64,000 nt of DNA from positions 2,031 through 66,030 of the forward strand of contig DVKJ01000017.1 of assembly GCA_018716065.1 (NCBI GenBank). Direction: 5' to 3'. Source of the DNA: Candidatus Pelethosoma merdigallinarum. GTDB taxonomy: Bacteria; Bacillota_I; Bacilli_A; RF39; UBA660. This document shows positions 51,126-60,425 of this stretch, piece by piece. The notes under the pieces were generated by a model. It was not told the DNA's origin and ran no database searches. It worked only from the letters and a program-made list of their open reading frames with translations. Numbering within the stretch: the stretch's first letter is position 1; each line of letters starts with the position of its first letter. The translations under genes and the position numbers were made by a program.

Positions 51126-51978
51126 ATCCTTTATATTTTTCTATGTCTTTCATTGCATCTAACGTATTTTTTACATACATTTTAATAATATCTTTTAATA
51201 CATATTTTTTTCCTAAATAAGTATAATTGCCATTAAAAATATTGACAATATCTAATTTATATTCGGTATTAAATATTCTTCCTTGATTATAATATACAAA
51301 TCGATCAATTAAAATTCGAAACGGTTCCATTAAATCACAAGTTAAATTAAACGGATTAAATTCGTTTTTATGGTGAATTCCAATTTGAGTTAAATATCCA
51401 TTACTAACAATTTCTTTATTAATAGTAGATAGCAAAACCGCATACCCATAATTTAAAGCTGCATTAATATCATTGTTTTCATTTCTTGAAAATTTTTTAC
51501 CAAATAATTCATTAAAATATACTTTAGCAGCATGTCCTTCACGATTGGTCTTATCACCAATTGTAACTTCTGTAATATAACTTATAATTAATTCATATTT
51601 TGATGATTTTATCTCTTTTAATAAACTTGCTTGATTAATTATTTTATTTTCAACGATTTTAAACCATAACTCATCTTTAATAGATTTTTTCCATTCAAAT
51701 TGCTCACGAATTTTCTTACTCGTGTTATGCCGTGAATAAAAGGAGGATAGTTCTCCAAAAGGATTATGTTTTTCATCACAAAAAATAATATTTATCTTAT
51801 AGTCAGATAGTTCCTTTAAAAGATACGCAGAAATAGATACAGAAATTGAATCTACAATTATTGTATCTATTTCTGACAAATGAATATACTTTTCATCATT
51901 ATCTTGTTTTACTACTAAAAATCTATTCTTATAACTAATTTTTGATTGTCTAGTGATTACAACTGTCCTAAAACTCAT
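51109..51978 (-). CDS. cas1: Cas1 integrase (adaptation)
   Basis: N-terminus RTVVITRQSKISYKNRFLVV typical of type II Cas1; 289 aa; overlaps cas9 end. Confidence 0.9.
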   Translation of the reverse strand: MSFRTVVITRQSKISYKNRFLVVKQDNDEKYIHLSEIDTIIVDSISVSISAYLLKELSDYKINIIFCDEKHNPFGELSSFYSRHNTSKKIREQFEWKKSIKDELWFKIVENKIINQASLLKEIKSSKYELIISYITEVTIGDKTNREGHAAKVYFNELFGKKFSRNENNDINAALNYGYAVLLSTINKEIVSNGYLTQIGIHHKNEFNPFNLTCDLMEPFRILIDRFVYYNQGRIFNTEYKLDIVNIFNGNYTYLGKKYVLKDIIKMYVKNTLDAMKDIEKYKGFVYEG

Positions 51979-54900
51979 ATTGCCTTTCCTTTATCCCTGT
52001 AACTGACTTATTAATAACAATTCCTTGAATAACTATTCTTCCATTTTTTTTACCAAATGCAGAAGAATAGGATTTATCTAAAAATTTAAAATTTGCATTC
52101 TCACTGTTACAATTTAACAGTTTAGTTAATTCCTTTATTATTTGTTCTTTTTTCTCAGTCGAATTAACATCTAGATCATCATATTGACTCATTCTTTTTA
52201 AATCACTTACTAAATTTTGATACAATACATACTCTGTTGAAATTTTTTCGATGATATATCGTATGATTTTATTTAGGCTTTCATTATATTCTCGCTCATC
52301 AAGTTTTTGTTTTGGACGATGAAATAACTGGTGTAAAGCATATTTATACTTTATATAAAATGGCTTATCATAATGGAATTCTTTTGCATTACAAACTTCA
52401 ACAGTATCTGAGGCACCCACTAAATAACAAATCTGATTATCCCATTTCAAATATGAATAAAATGGAAGTGGTTTACTAATAATTTCACAATCATCATCTT
52501 TATTTATTTTTAAAAGACTTTTTAAATATTGATACAATTGTTCTTTCGGCTGATTAACATAATAAATAGGAACTCCAACTAGGCGTTTATTTTCTTTACC
52601 TCGTTTTTTAAACATAACCATTACCGCATAAGCTGGTTTAATACTAGTATATGATCCATATAAGGATGATGGCATATTTCCCTTCAATGCCAAACCTTTC
52701 AAACCTTTTTTCTGCTTTGTTTGATTATAGAACATTCCAGTTCTAACTTCTGTTTTTTTACTAACTAAAATATCATTTCGATATAATGTATTTTCGATTT
52801 TTTGATTAAATTTATGAGCATCAAATAATATTTCTCCTGACTCATCATCTACCAAATTTTTCGATATATCATTTACAATATCGCTTGCTTCTTCGTCTAA
52901 ACTATTAATCACATAACCATATTTTAATTTTTTGAATTGATTTAATTCTTTAAATCGATCATTCATTTCCTTAACCATTTGAAAATTAATATCCTTTTTC
53001 ATATATTTTTCTTTATACTCACCTAGTACAGCAGCCAAATAGGCATCATGTGCGTGATGATAATCATTAATTTCACGGAATTTAAATAAATCGTATCTTT
53101 CACGATAATTATGTGATAAATTAGCTTTTAAATATACTACCTTTGTCTTTTTATAATAATTGTTTAATATATTTGCAACATGTTTTGTTATTTGTCTTGT
53201 TTCAACTAATTGACGATTAATAAACCCTTGAATATCTTCGTCACTATAATTTCTTCTACTTAAATTGTGAAATTTTTTTGCAGAGATTAATCCTAATTTT
53301 TTTAATCTTGCCCACCATCTCTTATTTGCTTCATTTCTATATTCTAAAGGTAAAACATAACTAGCAGCTTTCTTTTGATTACACTCTCTATACACCAATG
53401 CTTTATTATCAATAGAATCGTCTTTGATTAAAGTTCTAGGAATAATATGATCAATTTCATAAGAATCAAGATCTTCAATATTTAGTGATCTACCAGAATA
53501 TAAACACTTTCCTTCTTGAATAAAGTATAAAAATAATTTTTGAGTATTAATTTCGTGGTCTTTCAACTCATCTCTCAATGTTTTATAATTTTCAATTTCT
53601 GTTTTACAATTATCATATATTTTTTCCAAATATTTTTTTCGATCGTCTTTTCTTTGCTTTTTTTCTTCCCCTCTTGCCATTTCAATCATAATACGAACTG
53701 GTTCATATCCCATATATTCTACGATCTCTTTAACAATTTTTAAAGCTTGATAAATTCCTCGTTTAGTTGCAGGAGAAGTGGCCAAAGGTTCAACAACTTG
53801 ATAGTTTAACGTGTTTATACTTTTCTTACTATTTTTTTCTTGAATCATTTTTTGAAATTGATACTTATCATTATTAATGATCTGCATGAAGTTTTCATCA
53901 GTCTCATTCATTAAATCCATGATTGATTTAGATATATTTGTTTCTTTGTCTTTATAATATTTAGTAGATAATAATTCTTTCGATAAACTTCCCCATCCAG
54001 AATATTTTTTTGATAAGATCTTTTTAATTTGTTGATCAGATAAATCCGGAAATTCTCGTCTTAATTTATGTTCTAAAATATCTTTATCATCAAATATGGT
54101 AATCCATTCAATAATCTTATCAGCTTGTTCTTCATTATATTTTGTGTTTTCAAATATACCATCTGGTCCAAAAAAATCATAATAAGACTGTAAATTATTG
54201 GCAAACTTATTATCACTAGAATATCCTCTAATGTTAAATTCACCATTGTACATATCCATTTCGTGCCAACTGTTCAAAAATTCTAAAAATTTAATTTGTG
54301 TAATTGTTCCTTTTGTTTTTTCAAATAATTCTTTGATAATATATTGTTGTTGTTCATTTGATAGTTTTTGGTCATTCACTCTTATTTGTTTTAATTCATT
54401 CAAAACTTTATATCTTGAATAATAAATAGAATTGTTAGGAAGTGCATATTCATCTAATAAATAAGTACAATGAGAAATCATCCTTTTAATGAATTTTTCA
54501 GCAGTTTTTTCCTTATCAATAACTTCATCAAAATTATATGGTGTAATTTTCACATTATCAACTTTTCGTTCCATCCATGCAAATGAACTTTTTGTATCAG
54601 AAACTAATGGTCCAACATAGTATGGAATTTTAAATTCTAATAATTTTACAATTTTATAACTTTCATCCTTTGTTTTATCTAGTAAAAATGGATAATACTT
54701 ACCTTGATTTTCTATAATCTTTATTAATTCATCTTTATTTAATTGATAAGGAAATTTTCCATTTTCGGCATCCGTAATTCTAGGTAGAAAATCACCATTT
54801 TCAATTCTCTTTTTTACATCTTCAGTAAATAACTCAAAATATTTTTGATCTTTTTCTTCGGATTGATCAATTAATAAACTAATTAATTTTATTAATTCTT

Positions 54901-56005
54901 TTGAAAATTCTTCTTGTGTCATATGATTAGAAATATAATTATCATATAAACATTCTTCTTTTCCGTTAGTTTTTAATAACTTTTTACGTAATTTTTTATT
55001 TGGTCGGAAAATTTCTTTTAATAATTTCAAATCTTTTTGGTGTTGATCATATCTTGAAACCATAAGACCGGAAAGACTAACATGATCACTCCCGTTAAAT
55101 AATCTTTTTAGAAATACAGTATCATATAAATTTTTTAATTCTTGTAACGCCTCTACCTTATCCCCTAGAAGTTGTTCAATATCTGCATATTTATCATCAA
55201 AATCATTCCCATTAAAATAAATTTCTACTTTTGTTTCTGGATTTTCTATCATAAATAATTTTGCAACATTAAACTTATTTCCAACTAGAGCTTTTGATAG
55301 TTCAGCAATGAATTTTTTATCACATAGGTCAGATAATAATTCCTTAATTCCAACCTTAATATCATTTTTTGATGGGTTTAATAATATCTTTGCAAATTGA
55401 TTAAAATCAATTATATCTTTATAATTATCTGGTATTTCTAATAAAGAAATATGATTTTGAAATGAATCAAATACTTGATATAAATTTTCTGTTAAATTTA
55501 AATTATTAACGTTAAATGATGAATTACCATACAAAAAGTTACCACGATACTTTATCATATGATGAATTGCCAAATATACTAAACGAATATCTTCTTTACT
55601 TGGATCATTGATTAATCTATTTCGTAAATGATAAATTGTTGGATATTTTTCATAATAATTCTTGATTTGTTCTCTTTCACCATTAGTTAATTTTATTGTT
55701 TTATTTTTATTATCTTTTTCATGATACTTTGATTCTTGCATCTTCGTAAAAAATGTAGTGTCTACTTTATTTATTTCACTTAAAAATTCATTTTGTAATA
55801 GTTTAATACGATTTCTACGACGATCATATCTTCTTCTCGTGCTTCGATAATTTCTTCGTTCTTCAGCAGTACGTGCTTCTTCAAACAAACGAACACCCCA
55901 TAATGCCTTATTTCCTTTTCTTATAATATTTTGTGTTCCATCCTCAACAACAGCCCATCCAACGGATGTTGTACCAATATCTAATCCGATATTATATTTT
56001 TTCAT
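51968..56005 (-). CDS. cas9: Cas9 (type II-A), 1345 aa
   Basis: RuvC-I IGLDIGTTSVGWAVV with catalytic Asp; HNH motif YEIDHIIPRTLIKDDSIDNKAL; size and gene order cas9-cas1-cas2-csn2. Confidence 0.95.
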   Translation of the reverse strand: MKKYNIGLDIGTTSVGWAVVEDGTQNIIRKGNKALWGVRLFEEARTAEERRNYRSTRRRYDRRRNRIKLLQNEFLSEINKVDTTFFTKMQESKYHEKDNKNKTIKLTNGEREQIKNYYEKYPTIYHLRNRLINDPSKEDIRLVYLAIHHMIKYRGNFLYGNSSFNVNNLNLTENLYQVFDSFQNHISLLEIPDNYKDIIDFNQFAKILLNPSKNDIKVGIKELLSDLCDKKFIAELSKALVGNKFNVAKLFMIENPETKVEIYFNGNDFDDKYADIEQLLGDKVEALQELKNLYDTVFLKRLFNGSDHVSLSGLMVSRYDQHQKDLKLLKEIFRPNKKLRKKLLKTNGKEECLYDNYISNHMTQEEFSKELIKLISLLIDQSEEKDQKYFELFTEDVKKRIENGDFLPRITDAENGKFPYQLNKDELIKIIENQGKYYPFLLDKTKDESYKIVKLLEFKIPYYVGPLVSDTKSSFAWMERKVDNVKITPYNFDEVIDKEKTAEKFIKRMISHCTYLLDEYALPNNSIYYSRYKVLNELKQIRVNDQKLSNEQQQYIIKELFEKTKGTITQIKFLEFLNSWHEMDMYNGEFNIRGYSSDNKFANNLQSYYDFFGPDGIFENTKYNEEQADKIIEWITIFDDKDILEHKLRREFPDLSDQQIKKILSKKYSGWGSLSKELLSTKYYKDKETNISKSIMDLMNETDENFMQIINNDKYQFQKMIQEKNSKKSINTLNYQVVEPLATSPATKRGIYQALKIVKEIVEYMGYEPVRIMIEMARGEEKKQRKDDRKKYLEKIYDNCKTEIENYKTLRDELKDHEINTQKLFLYFIQEGKCLYSGRSLNIEDLDSYEIDHIIPRTLIKDDSIDNKALVYRECNQKKAASYVLPLEYRNEANKRWWARLKKLGLISAKKFHNLSRRNYSDEDIQGFINRQLVETRQITKHVANILNNYYKKTKVVYLKANLSHNYRERYDLFKFREINDYHHAHDAYLAAVLGEYKEKYMKKDINFQMVKEMNDRFKELNQFKKLKYGYVINSLDEEASDIVNDISKNLVDDESGEILFDAHKFNQKIENTLYRNDILVSKKTEVRTGMFYNQTKQKKGLKGLALKGNMPSSLYGSYTSIKPAYAVMVMFKKRGKENKRLVGVPIYYVNQPKEQLYQYLKSLLKINKDDDCEIISKPLPFYSYLKWDNQICYLVGASDTVEVCNAKEFHYDKPFYIKYKYALHQLFHRPKQKLDEREYNESLNKIIRYIIEKISTEYVLYQNLVSDLKRMSQYDDLDVNSTEKKEQIIKELTKLLNCNSENANFKFLDKSYSSAFGKKNGRIVIQGIVINKSVTGIKERQYEF

Positions 56006-56006
56006 A

Positions 56007-56035
56007 TTGACTACCTCCCAAAAATATGATACTAT
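56007..56035 (+). promoter_or_regulatory. Putative promoter of tracrRNA (divergent from cas9)
   Basis: TTGACT (56007..56012)-17 nt-TACTAT (56030..56035) on plus strand; overlaps the cas9 RBS region on the opposite strand. Confidence 0.4.
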
Positions 56036-56041
56036 GTAATT

Positions 56042-56134
56042 GTCTTAATACCATTTAAGATGACATAGAGAGTTAAAATAAAGGTTTTACCCTAAATGCT
56101 CACGTATGTGTTCAACTGCTTAGGCAGTTTTTTT
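56042..56134 (+). ncRNA. tracrRNA: tracrRNA (inferred)
   Basis: Anti-repeat cttaataccatttaagatgacatagagagttaaaataaagg is imperfectly complementary to the minus-strand crRNA repeat; GUUAAAAUAAAGG matches the nexus region of S. pyogenes-type tracrRNAs; terminator hairpin ctgcttaggcag plus T7 at 56116..56134. Confidence 0.65.
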
Positions 56135-56556
56135 GTATTTTTTTACGAAAAAAGGGTTAGTTAAAACCATATAAAGTCTGTACTAGCCCTTTATTATCAT
56201 GGTATCTCACTTACAATTACATTGTAACATGGATATATTTATAAATCAACAAAATACGACATTTTGTGTTCATATTGCAAATCTTATTTTTACTTATTAT
56301 AACTTTTTAAATTAAGAAAATAATAAATTAACCATAATTAAAAACATCGATTGTATCAGATGATCTGAATATCGACGTTTTATTTATATACTGATATTAA
56401 AATGATTATTAACAAATAGCACGTTTTTATATCAAATTTCGATTTTTACTTTCATCGGGCGATGAGGGTCATCTTTTAAAACATAAGACAAAAATCGATT
56501 CCTTGTAGTGTATGTTAGCTCTGTTTGAGGAGGATTGCAAGTTATATTAAAACAAC

Positions 56557-57120
56557 TTAGTCTAACTCTTCTAATTTGACTTCTTTTAAAACTTGAATTG
56601 GATATTTTAACAAATATTCATTTAATACTGGCCTACCATATGGATCCTCTCCATCCTCCCAATATATTTTTGCCATTGCTGCAATATTATAATGCATAGA
56701 ACCACTTATTAAACTCATATTATGTTTTTCAAAATAATCTGATTTCACTTCGTATATCTTGTAAAATGTATCAGATAAATTATTATCATTTATAAATTTT
56801 TTAACGCCTTCACTATCAAACGCATAAAAAGCTTGGTATCGTGATAGTTTTTCTTTGTAATTTAATAATCTTTCATACTCAAATATTATATCCATAACAT
56901 TACTTAATGGCATGACATTATTATTAAACAAATGATTATTTAATAAATATTGAATACCATGATGTGAAAGTCCATCATTATAATATGGCATTACCATATT
57001 TAAAAGTTTAGTGTTATTTTTATTTCCAAGAGAAATATTTTTTTGTAAATCAAGTGTTTGACCCACATTTATAGTTCCACTTCTATCTATGTGATATAAT
57101 TTCATTCTTATCACCTTCAA
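56557..57120 (-). CDS. Hypothetical protein; 3'-terminal partner overlapping the DUF2075 nuclease/helicase gene
   Basis: Overlaps upstream gene by 38 nt (translational coupling); no recognised motif. Confidence 0.4.
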   Translation of the reverse strand: MKVIRMKLYHIDRSGTINVGQTLDLQKNISLGNKNNTKLLNMVMPYYNDGLSHHGIQYLLNNHLFNNNVMPLSNVMDIIFEYERLLNYKEKLSRYQAFYAFDSEGVKKFINDNNLSDTFYKIYEVKSDYFEKHNMSLISGSMHYNIAAMAKIYWEDGEDPYGRPVLNEYLLKYPIQVLKEVKLEELD

Positions 57121-58984
57121 CTTTTCTTTTAAAATAATGTTGTAGCTTTTTGTCTATGCAATATATATAGCAGCCTTTCATTCCTCTTGTCATTAATGTC
57201 CTATATGTATTTTTTATTATTTTGTCTGCTATTTGATTTGCTACTTCTTGACCTTGTTCTTTGGCAATTTTATTGATTCCTTTTAATGATTGATCTGTTT
57301 TTGCTCTTTTTGTATAATCTGTAATAATTTTTCCATTTTCATATCTAATATCCTCACCTATTATTACTCCTACATAGTCAAATTCTAACCCTTGACATGT
57401 GTGGATACATCCCACTTCATTTACAGACATAGGATCAATTGCCCATGTTTGTGAATTTCCTAAATTCCAACTCATTTCAAAATTGTATTCTGGGATTACT
57501 ATATCATGAACATTAGAGTCATTTTTACCACTACTAATCCAATTCCAACAATATCCAGCAACTAATCTTGACTTATTATTTATTTTATTTTTTTCTTCTA
57601 TTAATTTTCTTAACTCATTAGGATTATCTACTACTCTAAAATCATAGTCAAAGTCCATACCATCGAAGTTTGCAGTTTTTCTTATATCTAAAACATTGTC
57701 TAACCAAGCAAGATATCCATCGGATCCATTACATCTAAATTGACTTTCTAACTCCACAATTTTTATTCCTGCATTTAATTCTTTAGCATATTTCTTTATT
57801 TCATCTACTGAGCCAATATCTTTTAGTGTAACTTTTTGATCTTCATCAATAAAGAATATTGAAAAATTGGAAGCATTGATAATCTCTTTAATTTGATTTT
57901 CTCCTAAGTTTTGGAACATTCCAGATTTTGCATTTAATCTATGTGCTTCATCTACAATCAAACAATCAACTTCATTGCTCTCGGCTTCTGTGAACTGTCC
58001 TGATCCTTGAAATAAATTATTAATATATGTCATTTTAAATGAGCCTTTTAATTTATCTCTAAAGACTGCCCTTGGTGCTGCATTCTTAGTTACATAGAAA
58101 CAAGTCATATTTCTGTTAGTAAGTTCAACCAATAAATTAATTGCTAAAACTGATTTTCCGGTACCTGGTCCTCCTTGTACGACCAATACATTTTTATCAT
58201 TTGCTGATAAAGTATCTATTGCCATTCTAATAGCATCTTCATAGATTACTTTCTGCTCATCAATCATGTTAAACTCTTTATTGCCTTGTAACATTTTAGT
58301 AAGTGAGTCTTGTAGTCTTTTGGATGGCCTGATTTTTCCATTTTCAATTTTATATAAAGTTTCCCTATCATCACCCTCAAGAATATATCTTTTTATAAAA
58401 CTTCTTAGTTTCATAAAATCATTAGACCCAAACATTGGAGCTTCTTTTATGTATTCTTGATATTGACTACTGCAAATTGGATCATCTTCATTTAATACAT
58501 AGTTATGTAGAAAAGCACAAGGGTGTAAACCTATATCTTCTAGCTGCACTGTTTCATTAAAGTCTTTAATTAAATTAGCATAGCTCATAGCTTGATATGA
58601 CGGATGTGTAACTTCTCTTATTGCATGCCCAGTAAAAGTAGAAACAATTCCGTCTTTTCCTTCTACTGCGTCACATTTTTCCCATTGCTTTAGTTCTATA
58701 ATAATAACAGAATCTTTTTTATTTCTATCTCTACCAGATAGAATAAAGTCTATTCTTTTAGAAGTCGTTGGAATATTAAATTCAATAGCTACTCCTGCAT
58801 TGTCTGGTATTTCATTGTCATCTAATACACCTCGCATATATTGCATAGAATTTTTCCACGAGTTTAATTGAGAATCACTTGTTCTTCCAAAATATTTTTG
58901 ATATTTTTCATAAATTTTATTTACAATGAGATTTAAGTTGACATCATTAATAAAACCTGATTTTATTCCTTCATACACTAACAT
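57083..58984 (-). CDS. DUF2075/Schlafen-type SF1 helicase-like ATPase with N-terminal PD-(D/E)xK-like nuclease domain (candidate defence nuclease-helicase)
   Basis: N-terminal RIDFIL...IIIELKQW (D...ExK); Walker A VVQGGPGTGKS; Walker B CLIVDEAHRL; C-terminal TLMTRGMKGCYIY typical of DUF2075 proteins. Confidence 0.6.
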   Translation of the reverse strand: MLVYEGIKSGFINDVNLNLIVNKIYEKYQKYFGRTSDSQLNSWKNSMQYMRGVLDDNEIPDNAGVAIEFNIPTTSKRIDFILSGRDRNKKDSVIIIELKQWEKCDAVEGKDGIVSTFTGHAIREVTHPSYQAMSYANLIKDFNETVQLEDIGLHPCAFLHNYVLNEDDPICSSQYQEYIKEAPMFGSNDFMKLRSFIKRYILEGDDRETLYKIENGKIRPSKRLQDSLTKMLQGNKEFNMIDEQKVIYEDAIRMAIDTLSANDKNVLVVQGGPGTGKSVLAINLLVELTNRNMTCFYVTKNAAPRAVFRDKLKGSFKMTYINNLFQGSGQFTEAESNEVDCLIVDEAHRLNAKSGMFQNLGENQIKEIINASNFSIFFIDEDQKVTLKDIGSVDEIKKYAKELNAGIKIVELESQFRCNGSDGYLAWLDNVLDIRKTANFDGMDFDYDFRVVDNPNELRKLIEEKNKINNKSRLVAGYCWNWISSGKNDSNVHDIVIPEYNFEMSWNLGNSQTWAIDPMSVNEVGCIHTCQGLEFDYVGVIIGEDIRYENGKIITDYTKRAKTDQSLKGINKIAKEQGQEVANQIADKIIKNTYRTLMTRGMKGCYIYCIDKKLQHYFKRKVEGDKNEIISHR

Positions 58985-59012
58985 TTTGCATACTCCTTAC
59001 TATATTAAAAAC

Positions 59013-59330
59013 TTATTTTAACTTTGTATATTTTGTACTTACTCCTTTAGCTTTTTCTATTGGATATTTTTTTGCTGTAATTTTCATTTTATCCAAAACA
59101 ATTTTCTCAGGATCTACTCCTAATTTATCTGCCAGCAATAATGCATAGTTAATTACATCTGCAAGTTCTGATTTTACTTCTTCAATATCATAATTAGAAT
59201 TCCATTGAAAACATTCCAATAATTCTCCTGCTTCTATTGATATTGATTTTGCCAAATTCTCAGGACTATGAAATTGATCCCAGTCACGTTCTTCATTAAA
59301 CTCTTTAATTTTTTTTGTTAACTCTTGCAT
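59013..59330 (-). CDS. MazG-like nucleoside triphosphate pyrophosphohydrolase (all-alpha NTP-PPase)
   Basis: ~105 aa with SIEAGELLECFQW (EAGEL-type metal-binding helix) and ELADVINYALLLA. Confidence 0.6.
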   Translation of the reverse strand: MQELTKKIKEFNEERDWDQFHSPENLAKSISIEAGELLECFQWNSNYDIEEVKSELADVINYALLLADKLGVDPEKIVLDKMKITAKKYPIEKAKGVSTKYTKLK

Positions 59331-59340
59331 AGTAACCCTC

Positions 59341-60186
59341 CTAAAATAACTCTTTTACAATCAAATCTTCTGAGTGTAGATTATTATTTTTACCCAATAA
59401 TAAATTCTCATAAAATTTAATTAAATAACTTTTGTCTTCTTTGATATTTAAATAATTATTAAAATAATTACTTCTTACTAAAGCATTTCTAAAATACACT
59501 GATTTATCCTTAAATAACGAATTATCTACGTTATACCCTAAACTAATTAAATATTTTTCTATAAATACTGCTGTTGTTCTAGTATTACCTTCTCTAAAAG
59601 GATGTACTTGCCATATACTGGAAGAAAAGTTAGTAATATTTTTTATAACTTCTACAACAGTCATATCTTTATAGCTTTTATCTTTTTCTAAGCTAATATC
59701 ATATTCTAGTGACTCGGTTAATGTTTTAGAGTCTCCATATGCAACTGTATCATTATTTAATATTTTTTCATGTTTCGAAAAATCTATTTTTCTAAACTCT
59801 CCTGCAAATTCATAAACATCTTGAAATAAATATTTATGAATATATTTTAGATAATTTACTGATAATTCAAAATTATCTTGATCTAATAATTCAACTATTC
59901 TCATAGATACAAAGTCACATTCTAATTCCTTATGATTAATATCTTTTTGTTTTTCTTTTGTAGTGTAATATTCTCTTAAACTTTGCTCTACTTCTTTAAT
60001 TGTTAATTCACCTAAAATATTTTTTTCACTCATCTGTTCAAGATATTTAGATGGTTTTAAGTTATCTACCTGTTGTAATCCTATCGCCATATCCCATTGT
60101 AACTGTTTTATATAACCTTTAGGTTTTTGTTCTTCTTGATATGGATTCATACTAGAATCTAAATCTTTTTCACTCATGAAAATCAC
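59341..60186 (-). CDS. Fic/Doc-family protein (putative AMPylase/phosphotransferase) with variant active-site motif
   Basis: HPFREGNTRTTAVF corresponds to Fic motif HPFx[DE]GNGRxxR with Gly-to-Thr substitution; 10-nt gap to downstream MazG gene. Confidence 0.7.
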   Translation of the reverse strand: MIFMSEKDLDSSMNPYQEEQKPKGYIKQLQWDMAIGLQQVDNLKPSKYLEQMSEKNILGELTIKEVEQSLREYYTTKEKQKDINHKELECDFVSMRIVELLDQDNFELSVNYLKYIHKYLFQDVYEFAGEFRKIDFSKHEKILNNDTVAYGDSKTLTESLEYDISLEKDKSYKDMTVVEVIKNITNFSSSIWQVHPFREGNTRTTAVFIEKYLISLGYNVDNSLFKDKSVYFRNALVRSNYFNNYLNIKEDKSYLIKFYENLLLGKNNNLHSEDLIVKELF

Positions 60187-60425
60187 CTACATATATTCAT
60201 TAACATTATATCATATCTATAAACATATCTCATCCTATTAAACTTTATCTACAAAAATAATTTCTATGATAAACTCGAATTCAACAATAAAAGTATAAAA
60301 TAATTCTTTTCAAATACAATACACTAACAAAAATATATGTTTTTTACTTATAGAGAACGAAAGTTAAAACAAATCAAAAATGTGTAAATTTCCATTACAC
60401 ACTTTTACCTATTCTCTTACAAATA

